From Spirochaetia bacterium (GTDB taxonomy: Bacteria > Spirochaetota > Spirochaetia > SZUA-6 > Bin103), in contig CBDBOV010000006.1 in NCBI GenBank assembly GCA_965208575.1, positions 1,408,001 to 1,472,000 on the forward strand: 64,000 bases of DNA, written 5' to 3'. Both the position numbers and the translations under genes were made by a program. Numbering within the stretch: position 1 is the first letter of the stretch; each line of letters opens with the position of its first letter. Below, in pieces: positions 57,542 to 64,000 of this stretch. The notes under the pieces were generated by a model. It was not told the DNA's origin and ran no database searches. It saw only the letters and a list, made by a program, of their open reading frames with translations.

Positions 57542-58330
57542 TCACTCCCCCAGCTCGCGGCTGCGCGCGGTCGCCGCGGCAACGGTGCGCTCCAGCGCCG
57601 TGCGTACCGCGCCCGCCTCCAGTTCGCGGCGTCCGGCGACGGTGGTACCGCCCGGCGAACTGACCATGTCGACCAGCGCGGCGGGCGCCATCCCCTGCCG
57701 CTGCATGAGCAGCGCGGTGCCGAGCGCGGTCTGCACCGACAGTGCCGCCGCCACTTCCGGAGCGAGTCCCTGCTGCACCCCGGCGGCGCTCAGCCACTCG
57801 ACGAAGCGCGCGAAGTAGGCGGGCCCCGATCCGCTCAGGCCGGTCACCGCGTCGAGCTGCTCCTCCGGAACCTCGATCGCCACGCCGGCGGCCGCCAGCA
57901 GGCGGGTCACCAGGGCCCGGTCGTCGTTGCCGACGCCGGCGCCGAGCGCGAATCCCGCCGCCATGGCGCCGACCAGGCAGGGCGTGTTCGGCATCACCCG
58001 CACCAGCCGCGCGCGCGGCAGCCGGGCGCCAAGCGCGGCCAGCGAGACGCCGGCCAGGATCGAGATGATCAGCGCGCCTGAGTCCTCCAGGCCGGCGGTG
58101 GCGGCGCGCACGTCCTGCGGCTTGACCGCCAGGAAGGTAGCGTCCGCCGCACCGCTCACGGCGCCTGCTTCGCCGGCGACGGTGACCCCGTCGAACTCGC
58201 TTCGGAACAGCTCGCAGCGCTCGGCCAGCTTGTCGTACACGACAATCCGCGTCGCGAGGCCGGCGCGCTGCAGGCTCCCGGCCAGTGCGAACCCCATGTT
58301 GCCGGCCCCTATGAATCCGATGGTGCTCAC
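57542..58330 (-). CDS. proC: Pyrroline-5-carboxylate reductase
   Basis: IGFIGAGNMG, LAVKPQ, RVMPNTP, SGSGPAY, SSPGGTT. Confidence 0.96.
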   Translation of the reverse strand: MSTIGFIGAGNMGFALAGSLQRAGLATRIVVYDKLAERCELFRSEFDGVTVAGEAGAVSGAADATFLAVKPQDVRAATAGLEDSGALIISILAGVSLAALGARLPRARLVRVMPNTPCLVGAMAAGFALGAGVGNDDRALVTRLLAAAGVAIEVPEEQLDAVTGLSGSGPAYFARFVEWLSAAGVQQGLAPEVAAALSVQTALGTALLMQRQGMAPAALVDMVSSPGGTTVAGRRELEAGAVRTALERTVAAATARSRELGE

Positions 58331-58625
58331 CGTCGGGAGAACTTATAGCAGGCCGATGCCGCAAGGCAACGCACCCACAAGGCGACAGGGCGACGCCGCG
58401 CGGGCGCAGGTGGCGGCGCTCCCTGGAGCCCGCCCCGGAAGCGGGACCTCTTCCGAGAGCGGCCGGAGCGCGCCGCCTGCCAGGAATACGTCGCCACGGG
58501 GAGGCGGACGAAAGATTCTCGCAGGGCTCGATCTGGCGGGGCACGGACGCCCGAGAGGTCCGTCTGCGACTGGACGCGCACGGAGCTGGCATCCTGCCTG
58601 AGGATGACGATTCGGCCCCGTTCGG

Positions 58626-61600
58626 TCACCAGCTCGCGGTCAGGGTCAGCCCGAGGCCGTGCTCGGGATGGTGGCCGCCGGACTCCCTGCGCGTCGCCTC
58701 GATGCCGAACTCGAACGCCGCCGGGGCGGGCTGCGCCAGGCCCAGCCGCACGCCGAGCGTATAGTCGCGGCTCGTCTCCGACAGGCCGAACCCGAACTCC
58801 GGCGTCAGGGTGAAGCGGTCGCCGGCCGCCGCGAAGCCGTAGCCGGCGCGCAGGTCCAGGCGGGCGCGGGCCAGGCCGTGTTCGGCGGCGGCGAGGCCGG
58901 CCAGGGTCGACCGCCCGAGCAGCGCCTGGCTGCCGCCGGTGGCCGCGGCGCCCATGGTCTGGGTGACGCTCAGCGACGGTCCCCGGTCGGAGGCCGGGTC
59001 CGAGTCCCAGGCGAGCGACCCGGACAGGCCGAGGTCGCGGAAGCCGTCGAACTCGGCGGTCAGCAACCCGCGCGCCGCCACCTGCGCCGACAGCCCGAGC
59101 GCCGGGGCCGACCAGGCCAGCCCGCCGCCCACGTCCATCCCGTAGCCGGTCTCCGCGTCACCGCCGTCGTGGCGCACCCCGACCGCGACCGTCGGCTCCA
59201 CCGTGCCGCCGCGCCCGAGCCCGATCCGGTAGCCGCCGTCGAGCCCCAGCCTGATCCGGGTGGCGTCCGCCTGCGTCTCCGCCAGCCCGGGCGCCGCCGC
59301 GGAGCTGGTGCGCACCCAGTAGGCGTCGGTCTCGATGGCCAGCGAGAAGCCGCTCCCGGCGGTCGGCTCCACCAGCCGCCCGCGCGCGCCGAGCGCCGCC
59401 AGCACCAGCGACAGGTCGGTCTCCAGCGCCGCCGCCCCCGCGGGCGTGAGCGTGAGCCCGCCCAGCCCCAGGCCGCCGGCCGCCCACACGGTCAGCCGCT
59501 CGCTCAGGTCCACCCCCAGGTAGGGGTGCGCGGCGGTCAGCGTGCTCGCCACCGTCCCGGCGCCGGCGGCGGCCCGGTAGCTGCCGTCACCGCGTGCATG
59601 CGACAGCATCACCCCGCCGAGCCACGCTCCGGAGGCCACCTCCGCGCCGAGCAGCGCCGTGGTCACCTCGCCCTCCACGCTCAGGCTCCCCTCGCGCCCC
59701 TCGAACCGCGACCACCCGCCGCGGCCCCACAGCGCCGCCGCCGGCCGCTCCTGCGCCGCCGCAGAGGTCACCGAGAACGCGCTGCCGGCCAGCAGCTCGC
59801 CGCCGCTCATCGTACGCGGCTGCTCCGGCCTGCCCGCCAGCCAGCGCGCCAGCTCCTGGTCGGCAAGCCGCGCCGATTCGTCGGCGTCGAGGCCGCCGCC
59901 GCCGGCGAGCTCCTGCCCGGCGATCCGCGCCTGTCCACCGCCGCCGCGCGGCGCCGCCAGCCGCTCCCCGACCGCGTCCACCACCTGCTCGGCCAGCGTG
60001 CGCCCGAAGCGCGCCAGCCACGCCCGCGGCATCGGGTCGGTGTTGACGATCGTGCCGGTCGCCTCGCCGTCGCCGATGCGCGCGCCGGTGGCGCTCGACA
60101 GCCTCAGCGTGAAGGTCTCCTCGCCTTCGTCATGGCTGTCGTCGAGGATGGCGACGCTCACCGTCTTGACCCGCTCGCCCGCGGTGAAGGTCAGCGTGCC
60201 GCTCGCCGCCGTGTAGTCCTCGCCCGCCGTCGCCGACCCGTCGGCGGTCGCGTAGTCCACCGTCACCCGGTGCCCGGCGCCGGCGAACGCGCGGCTCAAG
60301 GAGACCTCGAACGCCGCCGCCGCGTCCGCACCCTCGTTCGCCCGCGCGTCCGCCACCGAGATGTCCGGGCGCCAGTCCACCTTGTGGCCGGCGTCGTGGC
60401 CGAGACCGGTGTGGCCGAGCGCCGCGTTCGCGCCCGTCGCAGCGGAGCGGATCGTGCCGCCGTCGAGCCCGAGGGAGTTGGCGAGCACCGCGATCCCCTG
60501 CGACGAGTAGTTCGGCTCCACCACCGTGTGGGCGAAGGTGAGGCTGCTCGTGCCGTCGCCGCTCTCGTAGGCCGCCTGCTTCTCGCCCCACTCCGCCGGG
60601 TCCATGTCGATCGAGAGTTTCGGACTGCCGGTCACGGTCACCGCCTCGCTGAAGGTCAGCGCCACCCGGATGGTCTCGCCGAAGCCGTAGGTGGCGTCCT
60701 CGCCCGGCTCCGACGTTACCGCAACTCCGGTCACCGACGGAGGTCCGCCGCTCCCGCTCGCGCCCTTCGCGCCGCCGCTGCCCCCCGCGCCGCCCGGCGC
60801 CGCCTGCCCGTCGACCATGTGGGCCGGGTCGTGCCCCAGACCCGCATGGGCGAGCGCCGCGTTCTCCCCGGCCGTCAACGCGGACTCGATCGCGCCGCCA
60901 TTGAGCTCCAGCGTGTTCGCGAGCACTGCCACGCCCGCGCTTGAGGCGTCGCCCCGCGCCACCGTGTAGGCGAACTCCAGCGTCTTGGTGCCGCTGCCTT
61001 CCTCGTAGTCCGCCCACCGCTCGTCCCCGGTCGCGGAACTGAAGTCGATCCGCACCCGCGGTGTCCCGGTCACCGCAACCGCCTTGCTGAAGGTCAGCCG
61101 GACCCGGATCTTCTCGCCCAGCCCGTAGGTGGCGTCGCCGCCCGCGGCCGACGACACCGCAACCGCCGTCACCGCCGGCGCCACCCCGGTGAGGTTACTC
61201 AAGCTGATGTACCGTGTCTGCTTCCCCCCGTTCGCGTGACGTGGAGTCCTCACCGGGTTGCCGGCAACGTCGCGAAGCGCCTTGGCGGCGGGGGCGACGG
61301 GTTTCCAGTAGTACACATCGGCACGCAGGCCTGCTCTTGCCCGTCTAACGTCCAATCCGACCGTCACCGTGTTGCCGCTGATCTCCACCTTCCCTCTCGC
61401 ACGAGCTGTGTGCCAGGAGTTCCTCACGATCTCCAGACTCACCACGAAGCTGCCCCCTATCGAGTCCGGGTCGAGCGTCTCGCTGAAGTAGAGGGTCATC
61501 GTCCCGCCGTCGACCTCGCCCCGTACCAGCGTCGGCGGCGTAGTATCCCCGGCGTTAGCCACCAACTCGCCGGCGAAACTCGCCGCCTCGTTGCCGACGG

Positions 61601-64000
61601 CGTCCCGCAGCCGGTTGCCGGTTCCCGAGGTGGGCCTGGCGTAGCTCACCTTCACGTTCGTGTCGGTTTCCAGCACCGCGCTCGCCAGGGTGAGGGTCAC
61701 CATGGCGCCGTCGATGGCGGGCTTCCCGGTCAGGGTCACGGTCTGCTCGCCGCCCCCCTGCGGCGTCTTCTTCACCGTGAACGGGCCGTTCGTCAGCGAT
61801 GCAGCCGCGCCGAGGGGTTCGTTGAACGCGAGCGTCAGCTTCGTCCCGGCCACGACCTTACCGTACAGTGCGGGAGGTGTGGCGTCCGCCAAGGTACCGG
61901 CCACCTTGTGGGACAGGTTGTGGGCCAGGCCGCCGTGCGCCAGGTTCGCGTCCCTGCCCTTCAACACGCCGCGGATCGCGCCGCCATTGAGTTCCAGCGT
62001 GTTCGCGAGCACCGCCACGCCCGCGTTCGAGGTATCGGCCTGCGCCACCGTCCAGGCGAACACCAGCGTCGCGACGCCGCTGCTACGCTCGTAGTCCGCC
62101 CACTTCTCGGCTCCGGCCCCGGAGCCGAGATCGAGCTTCAGCCGCGGCGTACCCGTCACGGTCACCGGCGCGTGGAACGTCACCGTCACCCGGACGATCT
62201 CGCCCCGCGCGTAGGTCCGGTCGTCGCCCGCGTCCGAAGAGACGGCCACGCCGGTGACCGACGGATCCCCGGTCACGTTGTCCAATCCCAAGCTTCCTGT
62301 GCTCAAACGGCACCCGCTAGCCTCGCACACTTGGGCCGGAGTCCTCAGCAGGTTGCCGGCACGGTCCCGGAGCCGACTTGCGCTGCCCCTCGGCGGTATG
62401 TCCCATTGCTCGGGCGGTATGTACTCAACGTAGTTACTTGGCAGGCCTGTCTTCGTCCGCGGCTTGCCTTCGCCCAAGCCGACCGTCACCACATTGCCGC
62501 TGATCGCCACATCCCCCGTGGCATCAACGGTCTGAACACGCCGAGGCGAGGTCTGCACAATCACCCGAAACGTGCCCCCCACATAGCGCGGGTCCATCGG
62601 CTCGCTGAAATAGAGGGTCACCGTTCCGCCGTCGATCTCGCCCCGCACCAGCCGCGGTGGCGTGGTGTCCGCGCCGAAGTTGGTTACCGGCTCGTCGGCG
62701 AACCCCGCCACCTCGTTGCCGGCGGTGTCCCGCAGCCGGCCGCCCGTCCCCGAGTCTGACCGGCGGTAGCTCACCTTGACGTCCCGGTCGGTGCCGCGCA
62801 CCGCCTCTGCCAGGGTCAGGGTTACCGTCGCGCCCTCGATGGCGGGCGTCCCGCTCAGCCCCACCGTCTCCCCGGCGCCCGCAGGCGGCGTCCTCTTCAC
62901 CGTGAACGCGCCGCTCGACGGCGGTGCCTCTGCGTCTATGGTCTCGTCGAAGGAAAGCGTCAGCTTCGTGCCGGCCACCGCCGTCGCGGACAGCCGCGGC
63001 GGCCTCATGTCCGGCGTCCCGTCCACCTTGTGGACCGGGTCGGGTGCGAGGCCGACGTGCGCCAAGTCCGCGTCCTTGCTCCTCGCCGCGGCGCGGATGC
63101 TGCCGCCGTTGAGTGCCAGCGTGTTCGCCAGCACCGCCACCCCCGCCCCCGATGCGTCACCCAGCGCCACCGTCCAGGCGAACGACAGCGCCGCCGTGCC
63201 GCCGCCGCTCTCGTAGACCGCCCACCGCTCGGCCCCGGCGCCGAGGTCGAGCTTCAGGCGCGGCGTGCCCGTCACGTTCACCGCCTCGCTGAAGGTCAGC
63301 CGCACCCGGACGGTCTCGCCGAGCGCATAGGTGGCGTCCCCGTCCGCGACCGACGTCACCGCAACCCCCGTCACCGCGGGCGTCGCCACCGTGACATTGT
63401 CAAGGTTCAAGATGCGCGTGCGGCTGCGCCCGCCGGGGTGCGCCGACGGCGTCTCCACCGGGTTGCCGCTCAGGTCCCGCAACCCCCCGGACGCGGGGAC
63501 GAGCGGCGCGAGGTAGTACGCATAGTTCATCTCCGTCAGGCCCGCCCGCGCCCGCGGCCTGCCCGCGCCCACCCCCACCTTTACCACCGCGCCATCGATC
63601 GCCACCGCGCCGGTGGCGAAGAACGACGTCACGTCGTTGGCCGAGGTCTGCACCTGGACATGGAACGCGCCGCCGGCCGCGTCCGGGTCCAGCGCCTCGC
63701 TGAAGAACAGAGTCACCGTGCCGCCGTCGATCTCGCCCCGCAGCAGCCGCGGCGGCGTGCTGTCGGGTGCCGGCGCGGTGACGTTGGCAAGCGCCATGCG
63801 CACGTAGCGCCACTCCACCCCGTCGCCGACCGGCAGCACATCGGGCGCCGTGACCAGGTTGCCGGCCAGGTCGCGCAGCGCCCCGCCGCCGCCGTCGGCG
63901 CGCCGGATGTAGAGCACGCGGTTGTGGTCGAGCCGGCCCGCCTCCGCCCGCGGGTTGCCCGCGCCGAGCCCGACCGTCACCACGTTGCCGTCGACCGACA
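58626..64000 (-). CDS. Giant repetitive surface protein (SwmB-like and Ig-like repeats, Calx-beta, C-terminal autotransporter-like beta-barrel); 5' end lies beyond the window
   Basis: Repeats TLxFSExLD...LRDxAGN and TYxxGExIRVxLTFSEAVxVTGTP; Calx-beta VTVDYATADGSATAGEDY; AWLARFGRT linker; barrel region RHDGGDAETG ending in Trp. Confidence 0.88.
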   Translation of the reverse strand, partial: SVDGNVVTVGLGAGNPRAEAGRLDHNRVLYIRRADGGGGALRDLAGNLVTAPDVLPVGDGVEWRYVRMALANVTAPAPDSTPPRLLRGEIDGGTVTLFFSEALDPDAAGGAFHVQVQTSANDVTSFFATGAVAIDGAVVKVGVGAGRPRARAGLTEMNYAYYLAPLVPASGGLRDLSGNPVETPSAHPGGRSRTRILNLDNVTVATPAVTGVAVTSVADGDATYALGETVRVRLTFSEAVNVTGTPRLKLDLGAGAERWAVYESGGGTAALSFAWTVALGDASGAGVAVLANTLALNGGSIRAAARSKDADLAHVGLAPDPVHKVDGTPDMRPPRLSATAVAGTKLTLSFDETIDAEAPPSSGAFTVKRTPPAGAGETVGLSGTPAIEGATVTLTLAEAVRGTDRDVKVSYRRSDSGTGGRLRDTAGNEVAGFADEPVTNFGADTTPPRLVRGEIDGGTVTLYFSEPMDPRYVGGTFRVIVQTSPRRVQTVDATGDVAISGNVVTVGLGEGKPRTKTGLPSNYVEYIPPEQWDIPPRGSASRLRDRAGNLLRTPAQVCEASGCRLSTGSLGLDNVTGDPSVTGVAVSSDAGDDRTYARGEIVRVTVTFHAPVTVTGTPRLKLDLGSGAGAEKWADYERSSGVATLVFAWTVAQADTSNAGVAVLANTLELNGGAIRGVLKGRDANLAHGGLAHNLSHKVAGTLADATPPALYGKVVAGTKLTLAFNEPLGAAASLTNGPFTVKKTPQGGGEQTVTLTGKPAIDGAMVTLTLASAVLETDTNVKVSYARPTSGTGNRLRDAVGNEAASFAGELVANAGDTTPPTLVRGEVDGGTMTLYFSETLDPDSIGGSFVVSLEIVRNSWHTARARGKVEISGNTVTVGLDVRRARAGLRADVYYWKPVAPAAKALRDVAGNPVRTPRHANGGKQTRYISLSNLTGVAPAVTAVAVSSAAGGDATYGLGEKIRVRLTFSKAVAVTGTPRVRIDFSSATGDERWADYEEGSGTKTLEFAYTVARGDASSAGVAVLANTLELNGGAIESALTAGENAALAHAGLGHDPAHMVDGQAAPGGAGGSGGAKGASGSGGPPSVTGVAVTSEPGEDATYGFGETIRVALTFSEAVTVTGSPKLSIDMDPAEWGEKQAAYESGDGTSSLTFAHTVVEPNYSSQGIAVLANSLGLDGGTIRSAATGANAALGHTGLGHDAGHKVDWRPDISVADARANEGADAAAAFEVSLSRAFAGAGHRVTVDYATADGSATAGEDYTAASGTLTFTAGERVKTVSVAILDDSHDEGEETFTLRLSSATGARIGDGEATGTIVNTDPMPRAWLARFGRTLAEQVVDAVGERLAAPRGGGGQARIAGQELAGGGGLDADESARLADQELARWLAGRPEQPRTMSGGELLAGSAFSVTSAAAQERPAAALWGRGGWSRFEGREGSLSVEGEVTTALLGAEVASGAWLGGVMLSHARGDGSYRAAAGAGTVASTLTAAHPYLGVDLSERLTVWAAGGLGLGGLTLTPAGAAALETDLSLVLAALGARGRLVEPTAGSGFSLAIETDAYWVRTSSAAAPGLAETQADATRIRLGLDGGYRIGLGRGGTVEPTVAVGVRHDGGDAETGYGMDVGGGLAWSAPALGLSAQVAARGLLTAEFDGFRDLGLSGSLAWDSDPASDRGPSLSVTQTMGAAATGGSQALLGRSTLAGLAAAEHGLARARLDLRAGYGFAAAGDRFTLTPEFGFGLSETSRDYTLGVRLGLAQPAPAAFEFGIEATRRESGGHHPEHGLGLTLTASW

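Overview
Very GC-rich bacterial chromosomal segment. The gene content (LolA-like/ABC/beta-barrel cluster, many sulfatases, SwmB/Calx-beta surface proteins) is compatible with a diderm such as a marine or sponge-associated spirochaete, but the taxon cannot be proven from this window. Housekeeping and metabolic genes: purH (partial), thyX, hydantoinase/oxoprolinase A+B plus racemase, three sulfatase-family genes, larA-like, mutM, pntAA/AB/B, bshC-bshA, hemC-hemL, proCAB. The most striking feature is a ~7.6 kb tandem array (about 9.9-17.6 kb) of five ~1.6 kb units, each encoding a predicted lipoprotein with two near-constant Calx-beta/Ig-like stalk domains and a hypervariable, Cys-closed C-terminal Ig-like tip. 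The units are mosaics of one another, three spacers carry a deleted copy of the 3' end of the upstream beta-barrel gene, four units share a conserved AT-rich leader, and the array follows directly on an ABC/LolA-like/barrel export operon. Also present: two lower-GC candidate anti-phage cassettes (ABC-ATPase + TOPRIM + DUF262; ABC-ATPase + PD-(D/E)xK-like), a RelE-like/SF1-helicase/TPR fusion protein, and the 3' part of a giant modular autotransporter-like adhesin. No tRNA, rRNA, CRISPR array, integrase, transposase or reverse transcriptase was recognised. All domain calls are by motif recognition, not by database search.
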